Assembly: GCA_002104905.1 (NCBI GenBank)
Contig: MCFE01000068.1
Coordinates: 123,938-187,937 of the forward strand
Reading direction: 5' to 3'
Origin: Basidiobolus meristosporus CBS 931.73
Lineage: Eukaryota > Fungi > Basidiobolomycota
Length of the DNA: 64,000 nucleotides
Part shown: one piece after another, positions 43,958 through 56,026 of the stretch
Layout of the letters: each line of letters opens with the position of its first letter
How positions within the stretch are numbered: position 1 is the stretch's first letter
Made by a program: the position numbers and the translations under genes
The notes under the pieces: generated by a model
What the model was told of the DNA's origin: nothing
Seen by the model: only the letters and a program-made list of their open reading frames with translations
Database searches by the model: none

Positions 43958-45880
43958 TCATTTAAAGTTCTTGTAAGAACGCTTCTCATACTCCTTGAGT
44001 CTGTATCTTCTCCGGGCACTAGTAAACATCAAGATACGCATTAGTGGCTGAAGAGTTGCCTACATGGCCGAGTTGATATTTACCTGACGGGAATACGGGC
44101 TTCAACCAAGTTACGCTCTTGAAGACTGGCAAAGCGGTCTTTGAACAAATTGCCCTCAGGCTATGAAGAGCAGATGTTAGTCATTGGTTGCTACGTAGGA
44201 GGGGTACGATAACAAAATGCTACCTTTAGTTTTCTGAGTGAATCGGGAAGCTCGTCTTGGAGTTTGACCTCGATGCTTGGAAGCTTGATTCTGGTAACAA
44301 TTATTAGGGTGAACTGGGGTGATGAATGAAGTTTATGCATTGGTACTTACAGGTGCTTGCCAATCTTCTTCTTGGGCTTCAATGCTTGCTCTTGAGCAAG
44401 GAGTTCCTTTTCCTTTTGCTTTTTCTCCCGCTCCTCCAGCTCAGCCTGCACTTGTTTTTCGAGTTCATGAACCCTAGAAATCAGGTTTGAGGATCATCTC
44501 CACATGGAGAATGGTGTTGCATTTACTAACCTGGCGATCTCCTTAGACAGTTGCTTATTCTTTTTCTGTTTCTCCTCTTCACGTTTCTATAAAGTCACAT
44601 TTAATGGCCATGTCTAGAGGCATAAGAGTTCTGCCATGGTATCTGCATACCTGAGCTAATTTGCGCGCTTCCTTGTTTCTCTGGGTTTTTGTCTTCTTGA
44701 CGCTGAGCACAGCATTCGATTCATCCTCTGAAGCTGATGCTTCTGCCGATTCCTCCTCCTCTTCTTCTTTGGGAGTCTCCTACAAACGGCTGATGTTAGA
44801 GTCGGCACGTCTACTTGATCAAGATTCAAACCAACCTCTTCCTGATCCTCAACAGACGCATGAGCCGAGATATGCACGAGCGTTTGGTTCTTTGATATCT
44901 TGTCCATCTCCACTTGGCCGGCAATATTGATCAATTCCTATGCGCAAGAGAAATGTGAATGGTTGCGCTAAACAAATCATGTGCTCCTAATCTACCTTAT
45001 GGTCCTCTTCTTTAGGATTGTAGGAGGCACCTGGATGAGCAATCTTGACGGCAGGAATTCCCGCAGGCTTCATGGTGTAGGTATCAGGTGCCTAAAATCA
45101 AGTGCTGTGTCAGAACAGAATACATTGGTAACAATTATTCTATTCACGTGCTACCTTCTTCTTGACGACCTTCTGGCTTTGTAAGAATCCCTTCTCATCC
45201 TTGGCATCAATAGGATCGATGTCTGGTCAAATAAGTAATGAGTGAGCATATGTGTTGGATGATTGACCGATGTCATTGCTTCAATACATCCGTTGTGCAT
45301 ACCTTCAGTTTCCCAGATGTCGTACGCAGCGCGCTTAGCGGGCTTCTTTTTGGGGCGCTTGCTATCGCCTTCGAGCTTGCGCTTGTGGAGAGACACGAGT
45401 TGGGCCTTGGTGAGACCGGATAGCTTGGCTTGCTCTTTAAGAGAGGTAGTTTTGCTACCAACAGCTGGGACACTGGAGCGTTGCTCCAGAATTTCGTCCA
45501 CACGGAGCTTTCTGTGCTTGAGCTTTTTTTTCACTAATTTTGCGTTTAAATAAGAGGGTCTGGGTTCCGTTGAGAAATGCAAGAATATTACCTTGAGCAT
45601 CACCATCGATATCTAAAGTGAAGAGTTGTTCGTCGGGGCGTTCTTGGATTTTACCACTATCATATTATTACAAGTCCGAATTAGCAAAAAGTCCAAACTT
45701 GAGTGCTACTCAATCACACATGAAGCACAAAAATAATCACCCGAAAGCTCTTTCTTCAGCACGAATATCCTCCAAGGTATTCTCGACCTCGGTGATGTCA
45801 ATATTCTTCTTCCAGCTCTTCTTTCCCTTGCGGGAACCTTTCTTCTTTGGTATAGTGGTCGAGATAGGCTGTGTGGACAT
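43958..45880 (-). CDS. NOP53: Ribosome biogenesis protein NOP53/GLTSCR2
   Basis: N-terminal SRKGKKSWKKNIDITEVE, AAYDIW, and C-terminal DRFKSLQKRNL ... KEYEKRSYKNFK. Confidence 0.88.
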
Positions 45881-46167
45881 TATTAAAGAAAAATAATCAA
45901 AGTACTAAAATAAACCAGAGCGCTATCCGCTAGTGTCAAGACGGTTTGTTAAAATCAAACTGCCTCTGTTCTCCTTGGAATTTTTTTTTTGATTTTTCTT
46001 TTGCATTTTCTAGTCCACGAAAAAAAGTTTCTGTTTAAGTTAATTGATTTTGCTTATATCGGTGGTTAAATGGTTTTAACGTTGCATGACTTCTATGGGT
46101 CAATGCTAAGCCAGAGTATTACTTCCAAAGCGTTTAGCGCAGTGTGTATATTAAGAAACGTACTCCT

Positions 46168-47415
46168 ATGTGGTACGCAAAAACCTATGTCCCATTGCAG
46201 GCAGGCAGCATAGATGGTACTGACACGGTGCCACACGACCACGCAGTACAACGAGCTCAACGCGCCAGATGTTAGTATGTCCCCGATCTCTTTGTTTTCG
46301 ACCGGCGTACTCAACCCTGTCTACTTTCTTGAACTCCCCCTCTCCCTCTCCCATAGACATCCCGCCAAATGACAAAAACAACGTTGTCAGCGACCCATAC
46401 AAAACCCTATTTGTTGGTCGGCTGAATCCTGAAACCACCGAAGGTATTCTCTCCGACGCTGGACTTGTACAGATTCTCGAAGAGCTTGTGGAAAATTGAC
46501 CTTTTCCCCTTTCACAGAGACGCTCAGCACTTTTTTCAGTCGGTATGGCGCCCTGAACACTACCACGTTAACCCGAAATATAGGTAGGCTTGGGCATCTC
46601 GCGTTTTTTACCAAACAAACCCCACCGACTTAAAGGTTTCCAGTTACCGGGGATTCACGTGGATACGGTTTTGTGGAGTTTCAAAGTGAAAGGGCTTGTC
46701 GAGACGCCTACATGGTATGGTTCCTTGCATGCCTCGTGCGCTGGCTTGTATCTAAATCGATTAAGAATGCCAACAAAGCGACCCTCGATGGTCGGCAGAT
46801 TCTAGTGGACTATGAGAGAGGTCGAGTCATGGAAGGGTGGATCCCGCGCAGATTAGGTATGGCCGAGCAGGCAGCTTCGCTTAGGATTAGTGTTGGGCTA
46901 AGCTAATTGAATTAATCGGGGTCTAGGTGGAGGCTTTGGAGGCAGGAAAGAGTCGGGTCAGCTACGTTTTGGTGCTAGAGATAGGCCCTTCAAACGACCT
47001 TTGTGAGTACATGGTATAGCTCATCATGAATGGCTGTGCAGCTAACGGTTGCTTCAGCAAACCCAAGGACTACCAGAATACACCATCAATCGATCCTGAA
47101 CAACGGTATGACGATTGCTGGAGACGACCAAACCCTTTGGACATCTCGCCACATAGAAGAGAGTCACATCGCAGTCATGATAAAGACGAGCGCAGGAAGA
47201 GGGAGAGGTCGCGAGAGAATTACCGATCTAGGGATGACGACGAAAGGCGTTCAAAGAGTAGTAGACACACCCACGCTGATGAGCGGTCGCATCGGTCCAG
47301 ACACCACCGGGAGCGCTCAAGAGATAGATATCACGACTCTGGTCGAGAGAAGAGATCAAAGCGTGAACGTACTCCTAGCCCTTCACGGCACAGGCGTTCA
47401 CATCGATATGATTGA
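46168..47415 (+). CDS. SNRNP35: U11/U12 snRNP 35 kDa protein (minor spliceosome)
   Basis: [72 protein letters not shown], and an RS/RD-rich tail. GSIDGTD and KESGQLRFG distinguish it from U1-70K. Confidence 0.88.
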
Positions 47416-47569
47416 AGCGTTGCTCGTGATACAATAGACCTCATAATAACTCAATAAATTGTAATAGCCAAATCCGATGAAGGAATCTGAAAAAATTCAA
47501 TACAATTCGGATTTCCATATGTGATTATCTAGCTCGAACCTTCCCGTGTCTCCTCTCAAACCCTTCACA

Positions 47570-48106
47570 ATGATTACTCCACCACACCTTCCAGGCAAAA
47601 TTCTCTCTTTAGTAGGGTTGCTCGTTCTGGCTCATTCAGCATACTCGACATATGAACGTAAGATATCTTTCTGTATTCCCGAAAATACTCTTGAAACTAA
47701 AGTCCATCATGATGTAGATCTATCTTATTTGAAAGCCGCCGAAAAACTCGAAAACGGTCTTCCTGCAGATGTAAGCATCTTACTTTCAGCGGTTCTTCCA
47801 AACCAAATTAGGAGCACCCGCTGGTTCCTTGAACATTCACTGATGCCTTTCTTATGTCTAGATTATATTTGAATGCTTGTTGGGTGTTCTAATCTTCATG
47901 TTTGGGTTTACTCTGGTATCCGGCTCACTAAAGCCAATTCTCATGGAAATCGAGATGTCCAAGCAGTGAGTTTTCTTTGCTTAGTTAGACAGTCAAGATA
48001 TCGCCTAATCTGGTAATTCTATAGGACCATCGCGAAGTTTGACTCACGTCCCTCCTTCCAGACGTTCAACCACCGTGGTGTGCACCTGCACAGTAAAGCC
48101 AACTAG
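47570..48106 (+). CDS. EMC5: ER membrane complex subunit 5 / MMGT1
   Basis: LAHSAYSTYE, LPADIIFECL and FDSRPSFQTFNHRG. Four exons. Confidence 0.9.
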
Positions 48107-48550
48107 CTCCTTTCCCTTGCACCCAAAGAACCTTTTGTCTATCATTCCTTTCTACCCCCTTAGTTTGGAACTGGTCGTCACAAGGCGTCGCCTATTCACG
48201 TTTTTATAAAGACATGAAAATTGTACATGATGACCGTTGGATAAAATGCGCCATTGTTCATTGTTATAGAAAGAAGGAGTTCCGGTTTGGACCCGATTAT
48301 GTGCTGTTGAATTGTGAGATGGCATTGTGCGCTCGTCAATCGAGAGGTGACATCAAATCATTATGCAGCATTCCCCGCTCTGTACAATAGCCGCAAATGC
48401 ATTAGCAGTTTGGATGATTGATTGTATGTGCGAGATGATTGAGATTTTGTGGGCCTGAAAATTAGATCAATTACTAAAATGGCGAGGGTTGGTTTTTAGT
48501 TACTTGTACGTGGTTTGTTGCAGCTTCGGACGCTAGAGCGGCTCTTCGCA

Positions 48551-49269
48551 ATGAGTTCCTTTGACCCCGCAAATTTCAGCCCTTACTCGCCATCTCCTGA
48601 CGAACAAAAGAGAACGCACTCGTTCCCTTATGACCAGATCCCTTCGTCTTCATATCAACAAAGTACACAAAACACTTTCTCTCCCGCACTGGATAGTAGA
48701 GCTGAAGAGGGCCAAGTGAAAGTAAACCGATTCGAGACTTCCCTGAAATTCCGCATCGACCTTGAGGCGGCTTTTGCCTACGTTCTGTTTTGCTTTTCAG
48801 GTAATCTGCTTGAGCTTGAAGGAACTGGTTGTTTTTCCTCGGGACCTGCGTGGATATTTAGTGGTATTTCTCTATCTTAGGGGTGTTTCTCCTTATTACG
48901 GAGCAAAAGAACGACTACGTTCGTTTTCATGCTTGGCAGTCTTGTTTGGCCTTCACTCCATTATTCGTAAGTACCTTGAATAGAAAAGGATACTTGCTCA
49001 ATTCAAGCAGGAAGATTCAAATCTTTGCTTTGAATAGGTCCTTCAATTCGTGCTTGCCTTCATCTCCACCACTCTATGGTGGATGTTGATGATTTTAGAA
49101 ATCGGCTTGGCCGGGTTTATGGGGTATGTCAACCTACACTATACATGCAGTGCTCAGTCGTTAATCCACTTTCTTTAGATACAAGGCTTACATGGACAGT
49201 GCGTCACTCGATCGCTTTTTGCTTCCGTATGTGGGTATTCTCGCTGCGAATTGGGTAGACAATGAATAA
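48551..49269 (+). CDS. Conserved fungal small multi-TM protein (DUF4870/Tic20-like)
   Basis: NRFETSLKFRIDLEAAFAY, EQKNDYVRFHAWQS, AYMDSASLDRFLLPYVG and end WVDNE. Confidence 0.75.
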
Positions 49270-49776
49270 GCCTCCGACTTTTCTCTGTTCAAGACAGCCT
49301 TGCATTAGTCTTCCATCAAATTTGTGTGGCAAAGGTGCTATTAAATCCAATATATCAACCCAGTTTTCTGACGTACTCTTGGTAGCGTTTGTACATTAGA
49401 GGTTTATTTGGACCTGTACAGCGAGAATTCACTCGAATAGAAGACATTTCCAATCGTCTCTTGGACCGGAATAAACTAGATTCTATACAATACTACTGAC
49501 AAAGCTCTATCAATCAATATTAGAGGGGAGGGCCAGGCTTATTAAGTGTTTCGAGATTGTTCGAATCCTTAGAGGAGGTGTGACAAGAAGTGAATCGAGT
49601 ATTGGAGTTTCAAAAAGTGCTGGATAACGCATTCAAAATTCGAGAATAATGATGGGATGTGTGGAATGGGTCGCTGTAATACAAACCTTACACAAAGCCA
49701 AGTGTGAGAAGCTTCAAAGAGGCGTAAGGAGGAAGATACTAAAGAAACTTGCTTTGTCAAAAAGAAGTGTGTGGTG

Positions 49777-51083
49777 TTACTTGGAGTGTCCATTTTCAAC
49801 ACTGGTGTGCTCATCCACCTGTGGGTTCACTGACATGATTTCAGAAGAGATGGCCCCTTCATCGTTTACAACCACTATTGCCGGTGCATTGTTGACCATT
49901 CGCACGCCACGCCCTTCTGCAGCGAGCTCTCTCCTTAACAATTCGTCGCTATACGTCGTTCCCTGAGCTTCGGAGCTACTCCCGCTCCAGGCTTTTGTTG
50001 TCAACATGTTACGATAATGATGAGCGAGCAACTGGGCATCTTTAACGGTTAATCTTAGTGAGTGCCGCTTAGGAGGATCTAACGCACCGGCTAGAGGTGA
50101 AAGCGAATTCACATCGCTGGCGGAAGTATTGCCCCTTCGGAGATAGACACTCCCACCTTTACCATCATACTCAGTATTCATTTTCTCGTTGACATATCTT
50201 CCACGAGGGTTTTTGGAACGTCTGCGTGCAATAAACACTGCCAATCCAAGAAGAAGAAATGCAACGGCACTCCCGACAGAAATTCCAGCAATGGCTCCAC
50301 CAGAGAGGCCACCACCAGTGGCTGAAGGGGGGTTGAGCAGAGATGGGTTAGGAGATGACTCGGTCATTTTCGGTACGTTAGGCTCTGAGGAAGGGGATGG
50401 CGCCAGTGTCTGGGCAGATGGAGGTGGGCCATTACCAAGTGCGACAGGAGGAATATATGGGAAACGAATGTCTTGATCGACGGATTAGAGGCGAGTTAAA
50501 ACACAGAGAGAAACAAGCACTAACCGAATATTGTGAAGGTTGGGCCTTTATCCACCCAGGAAGATTTATCATTCGGCGTGGATACGGTGAAATAAAAATT
50601 CTTTCCAGTAATATTTTGGGTTTCGGGGTATCCACTTTGCAGAAGATTAGTAATGGCGGTGCTGTTTTGTCGAGTATATGTGAGGAAGCCTTGGCTATTT
50701 GTAAGATTAAGCCACTGTTGTACTGGTTTGTAGTCATCCTCTTCTGTATACAGCTTCACATCTACAAAGCCTACGGAAAGGAAAGTGGGATATTGGTAGT
50801 TCCACCTCAACAAGTATTCATGGCCACTAATCCACTGGTCACCCGCTGCTGGTAGACAATATATCTGAGGCCCGCAAGGAGAGGTATAATTGGAGGCTAC
50901 ATACGCAAAATGTTAAATTAGGTACCACGGCTTTCCTGAGCACAAACAACACTCACGATCAATAGGCTCAAAAGTGACGTTCTTAAATGGAGGCAGGTCT
51001 CCTCGACAAAAAGAGAAAGAGCCAGCAATAAGGGAGACTGGTAGAAGAAGTCGGGGATATTTCTCTAGTATTGAGAGGAACAT
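49777..51083 (-). CDS. Type I single-pass cell-surface protein (signal peptide, beta-type ectodomain, Pro/Ser linker, Mid2/Skg6-like TM)
   Basis: Putative signal MFLSILEKYPRLLLPVSLIAGSFSFCRG joined in frame by a GTGAGT intron. TM segment GLSGGAIAGISVGSAVAFLLLGLAVFIARRR. Confidence 0.7.
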
Positions 51084-51918
51084 AGAGGGTATAACTTGGG
51101 AATAACTCTATACAAATTTGAACAAGTAGAGGGTATAAAGACAAAAGACGAAAGATCAATGCTAAACAGTGAAAAAAGTGCCGAACAAGAATCCCGATGT
51201 ATTGATGAGGCTTTTATTTCTGGAAACAATCTCAAGGCCTATACCCTAGCCATAACTCTTAATATAGAGTGGTTTTTTGAATTAGCCCGTTTCCCTAAAA
51301 TAGTCATGGCCAATGGGGAGTATCGCACTGTTACGCAAGGATGCTTTCCAGATAGCGTCAGTGGCCACACTCCCGGCGTCAATACTAGAGCTCTTTGGCA
51401 GCTGGAGAATATGACGTCTTTAATCTATTTCAGAGACATTTAATGATACGCTTCAAAATGTGCATGATGGTAACTGAAATCAGCCAGCTTCCTTATTTAA
51501 CCATGTATAGGCATAGTGCAGAAAATTCCTAGCAGCCGCATGGCTTAATTAGCCTCGAACAAATACTGTTGACCCCACAATGGGCTTAATCCTCCACTAA
51601 TGCTAATGGTTGCTACCACTCAGTACTGACAATAGCACCGTTACCAATGCATTATTAAACTGCTACCAATGACCTGTTTCATCAAGCAATTGGTTTAAAG
51701 TTGATTATCCCTTCACCTATATATATCCACCACTGCCTCAGTCCACATCCACCAGTGTAGCATAGTGCTTGCCTAAAATCACAACTGGTTGTCGTACATA
51801 GCATTGCTTGCCTACAGTCATTCGTAGTGTTGCTTTCCTAACTCATTCTCGATACGGCACCCACCCCAGATACAGCTCCAATCCCAATTCTAGCCTTAAT
51901 TACTTCCCAAATTTAGCC

Positions 51919-52605
51919 ATGCTTGAACACATTCGCCTCAACTCTACAGAAGCTACCTTGGAAAGGTACTTTCCAAAAAAGGCTGCTGCTAAAACCATCA
52001 AACCGGAAAATAGGCCATCTAAAACTCTATTGGGTACTGCTTCGATCTCCGAGCATGAGAGATCAAGGGTGGAGGCCAATAGCAAGCTGCATGTTATGAG
52101 TATCGTTGCAAATACCATCGAGCATATTTTTGAATGCGGCAGCGAAGGAAGTGAAAGCGCATTACCTCCGTTGGATGAATTTATCCATCGAATTCATCGA
52201 AAAGGCAACTTGTCCATTACAAACCTGCTTACCGCGCTACTGTTTCTTGTTAGACTGAAGGAGTATCATCCATCATGCAAAGGTACATATGGTTCTGGAC
52301 ACAGGCTGTTCTTTTCTGCAGTCATTATTGCCAACAAATATCTTTATGATGGCGCCTACCACAACACTTCATGGGTAAGACTTGCTGAGGGAAGATATAG
52401 CCTAATCGAAATCAATCAGATGGAGTGTGAGCTGCTAGGGCTGCTGAGATACCAGCTACATGTCAAAAAAGAGGACTGGATGGAGTATGCTAGGATAATG
52501 GACACAAAGCTAACCAAGTCCTGGTTCAAGCGTGGGTTTGAGGGGCCAGAGAATCATCTGTTCGAGAGGTTGGTCAAAAATATCGATTGGCCATTACAGA
52601 AGTAA
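51919..52605 (+). CDS. Pho85-type (Pcl) cyclin, single exon
   Basis: LLTALLFLVRLK, HRLFFSAVIIANKYLYDGAYHNTSW and EINQMECELLGLLRYQL. Confidence 0.88.
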   Translation: MLEHIRLNSTEATLERYFPKKAAAKTIKPENRPSKTLLGTASISEHERSRVEANSKLHVMSIVANTIEHIFECGSEGSESALPPLDEFIHRIHRKGNLSITNLLTALLFLVRLKEYHPSCKGTYGSGHRLFFSAVIIANKYLYDGAYHNTSWVRLAEGRYSLIEINQMECELLGLLRYQLHVKKEDWMEYARIMDTKLTKSWFKRGFEGPENHLFERLVKNIDWPLQK

Positions 52606-53022
52606 CCATACAAATCACTGAAGTGACCATACACTAAACCCTACACACTACGTAGACCGGCCGACTCCATCATACCTCAGTACCTTGTCATTTATGTAGT
52701 ACATACATAGAATTAATCATATAACGTGCATTCCACCCATCTCAATAAAATACAGAGTGATTAAGCTAACTAGGCAAGAGATTTGTCTCAACTGAGGAGG
52801 GGGTGGGAATAGCCCAATTCGGAGCAGCAAAGTCTTGTTCCAACTGGGTCATCGTACGGGCTATAAAAGTAGCAAAGTGGCTAACATGTATATACACCCC
52901 AAAAGCTGTTCCCCCTCTACTGTAGAGGCTCCTTGTTTGTAGACACTGTAGCTTGTAACACCATATAGTAAGAACCTGATCCCATTTCTCTTAACACAGG
53001 TGTCCTTCCCTATTGCGGCCCC

Positions 53023-53976
53023 CTACATATCTGGGGGATATTGTGATCTGTATAACAGCAAAATGGAGACCGTTATCAACCCTACACTCAACAGATGGGT
53101 TGATGGAGCATCATTTTCGTGTTTCCCCAAGCGGGCGGCGAGGAAGGACTTTTTGATAGAGATTTGAGGGATGCCAATGGGAGTGGGAATGGGCTGAACC
53201 CTATCGTTTAATGTAAGATCCTTCTCCGACTCTAAAAAGGCCAAATCGTTCTAGGGCGAGTGGAAATGTTGAATGCATTTTGGTATTTGGCCAACCTTTT
53301 GGTCATTACTCGAGAACAAGTGCGCAACTACAACCTGAGTGACCTCTTTGTGACTGGAGTTGCTGGTCCCAACCAAGTCTCGACGTGTCTCAGGCAATTT
53401 GTGAGGTTTTTTGATCAGCTACGCAGTGCCGGCGCACTTACTGCCTAGTATCAGTGCTGACGTTCGCAACAAAAATCTAGCCATAGAGGGAAATTCGCTA
53501 TCTTGTGCCTTAATTTCCCCAACGATATTTGAAAGACTCAGCATGAGGTCAGGTGTGCAGGCAAAATCAGCCACCACCAGTCGGGGAATTCCATTGACAA
53601 GCTGGGATGTAATAAAGCGAGCGCTGGGGCAATAATTGTGATGTGGTCTGGGTAGCCACTCAAGCCTTCTAATTGGTTGGTTTTACGAACTATTGGTAAC
53701 CTTAAATTTGTCGCACCATTCAGCCCAATCGGTTGCTACTGGCCAATTGATGCGCATGATCCACAAACAGTCGGAACACCATACCAGCAACATAATATCA
53801 TTGACGAATCCAACATACCGTTCGAGAACAGGCAGCGGATTGAATTTTGAAGATATGCTTTGATTATTGCTTGAATTGGGGATCCATTGCAGACTTATCC
53901 GACTTATCAGAAAACCACCTGAATCCGCCTGTGTAATCTCAATATGTCGAACTTTTTGACCAATTAGACCACTTAT
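53023..53976 (-). pseudogene. Possible pseudogene: 318-codon frame with only 3 internal stops, product unidentified
   Basis: Hand translation in the frame of ORF 53023-53244 finds stops only at ~53251, ~53419 and ~53683. No recognisable motif. Confidence 0.35.
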
Positions 53977-54064
53977 CTAACTACATAAATAAGCTTGATT
54001 GCGATTCTTGCATCAATGGAAGCAGGGATTAGTAGATAACTTGTGGTTACTCATTCCCGGATCA

Positions 54065-54177
54065 GGGGGAGGAGAAAGTCTCTGTATTGTTTAAATCTTA
54101 ATTCCCTAGTACTAATCTAAAGTACCAGCTGAGCGTTCATAAATCTCTGAAGTAAATATTTGCACCTGTGCCTGTTT
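54065..54177 (-). mobile_element. Short diverged relic of a family-B-like non-LTR 3' end
   Basis: GGGGGAGGAGAAAGTC-12nt-AAATCTTA...ACTAATCTAAAGTAC matches the 3' end of element B (GGGGGGAGGGAAAGTC-12nt-AAATCTTTA...ACTAATCTAAGTAC). Clear similarity runs only to 54125. Confidence 0.55.
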
Positions 54178-54189
54178 TTAGGGTTAGGG
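54178..54189 (+). repeat. Telomeric repeat pair TTAGGGTTAGGG at the A1 3' junction
   Basis: ...CCTGTTT TTAGGG TTAGGG GGGGGG AGACAG. Confidence 0.85.
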
Positions 54190-56018
54190 GGGGGGAGACA
54201 GTCACCAACAGGTGAAATCTTTATTTCAGTTGAAACAAAGAAGCAAGCGCTACTGTTGTAGCTTTGATACAAGAGTGTGTGGCTGAGGGGAATTTGTAGG
54301 TAAGTTTACAAGAAGTGAAGATAGTTCTTCAGTGCTCAAGACACTGTTCAGGGGGAGGGGGGGGGTAGCACAAGGGGTAAGAATGATTTGTGAACAACAT
54401 TAATGAGGGGAATACAATAAGGATTGATATTCATCATAAAGGGAGTGTGCTGCTTCAGATATTGCTGCCAAAGGTCTGTCAAGTACTTCAGGTAGGCCAG
54501 CTTGGGTTTTTCTGACTGCAGAATATAGTGAGCAAACTTCTTAACTTCAGGATCTCCAAGTATAGTTCTCCAGCAGGAGCCAGGTGTAGTGTGATGTGTT
54601 CTCTTCCATGCCTTAATCAGTGGGTTGCTGCAGTGGTGAAGTCTGAGGTATAATCTGGTTCTAAGGTAGAGAAGTCTGATCTTATAGGGCATAAACCCAA
54701 AAGCACCAAGAATAGCATGTCTGTAGGGGCATTCAGGCAAATGAGGCACCAAGGAGGTAATGCACCATACTGCAAACTTGTCAAGCTTAGTGCAGTCTCT
54801 AGAAGTAAGAGAGAGAAGTGGTAAGCCAAATTCCAGGACAGGGAAGACAAACTGCTTGAGTAGAAGGAGGCAGCTGGGAGCTGAAGTTGTAGGAGGAGTA
54901 ACAGCCAGTAGCTTGTGGAGTGCCTGTCTTGCAAGGATAATTCTCTTCTTCAGGTGTGCTCCAGAGTCTAGTCCAGTAGGAAGGAAAGGAAAGCCAAGAT
55001 ATGTAGCAGAAACCTGAGCAGGTAGAGTGGAGCTCTCCAAGTCTATGGGAGAGCCCAAAGGTACTGTCTTTGCAATGGAAAGCTGGAGATTATTCTTCTG
55101 CAGATACTGGTGGATGGTCTGGGAATCTTGTTGCACATTGGAGGAGGATATTCTGATGTCATCAGCAAAGAGAGTAACCAGGCAGTCAGCTGAGAGTCTT
55201 GGGAAGTCATTCAGGAAGATGGCAAACAGTATAGGACCAAGCACAGAGCCTTGAACCACTCCATTAGGAACTGAGAACACAGCTGATTGCTCACTTGGGT
55301 GCAGAATTCTTGCTTGTGGATCCAGAAACAGAGACCTGACAAGGAGGGTGAGAGAGGTACTGGAGAAGCATTGCAACTTGGACCAAAGCAGATTTCTGTC
55401 AACTGAATCAAAGGCCTTAGTAATATCAAACAGAACAGAGGGATACTTGCACTGGAGAGAGTGATCTTGGCTAAGTATGACTGCATATTCCAAGGAGAGG
55501 CCAGGAACAAAGCCAAACTGTGCAGGATGAAACTTGAGAGAGTCAGAGTAGAGCTCCTGAGCAAGCAGAAGCTCAAACACCTTTCTGCAGGTGGGCAGCA
55601 GAGATATTGGCCTGTAGGAGCTAGGATCCAGGTGCTTTCCTTTACCCTTGTACAGTGGCAGAACATTTGCAAAGGACCATTCCTCAGGAGTAGAAAGCTG
55701 GGCTGAGCATTGCTGAAACAGTGGAAGCAGAAGTGCAGACATGGCCTTGGTACTAGTCTTCAGAAGCTCATAAGAGATTGTGTCCACACCTGGAGCAGTA
55801 GAGTTGGGAAGCCTCTTGAGCACATTATGGATTCTCCCTTGATCAAGTGCAAGTGGGATGGGCAGAGTCTTGAAGTCAGGATGAAAGCCAGGAGTTGAGT
55901 ACTGCTTTGTAGAGAAGAAGATGTTAGCCAGCTGTTCTGTTGAAGGTAACTTCCTGGAAGAGGGCCTCATTGCTCTGTAGAGTCTTGATACTGTTCTTGT
56001 TATAGAGTTGGAAGATTG
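54187..56018 (-). mobile_element. Non-LTR retrotransposon family A, copy A1 (5'-truncated, RT part only)
   Basis: RT motifs APGVDTI, YRPISLL, FDITKAFDSV, GVVQGSVLGP and FADD. Near-identical to 59809-61635. A +2 G-run change truncates the ORF at 54348. Confidence 0.95.
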
Positions 56019-56026
56019 GGTTAGGG
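56018..56026 (+). repeat. Telomeric-type GGGTTAGGG at the A1/B junction
   Basis: A1 departs from A2 after GAAGATTG and continues GGTTAGGGGGGAGGGAAAGTC. Confidence 0.8.

Noticed and set aside
48984-48993. Perfect GTATCCTTTT on the minus strand
   Set aside because: It is antisense to the plus-strand gene whose intron contains it, and no minus-strand gene is evident there.
49555-49580. GTTCGAATCC tRNA T-loop-like motif
   Set aside because: No acceptor stem, D-arm or A-box could be built around it.
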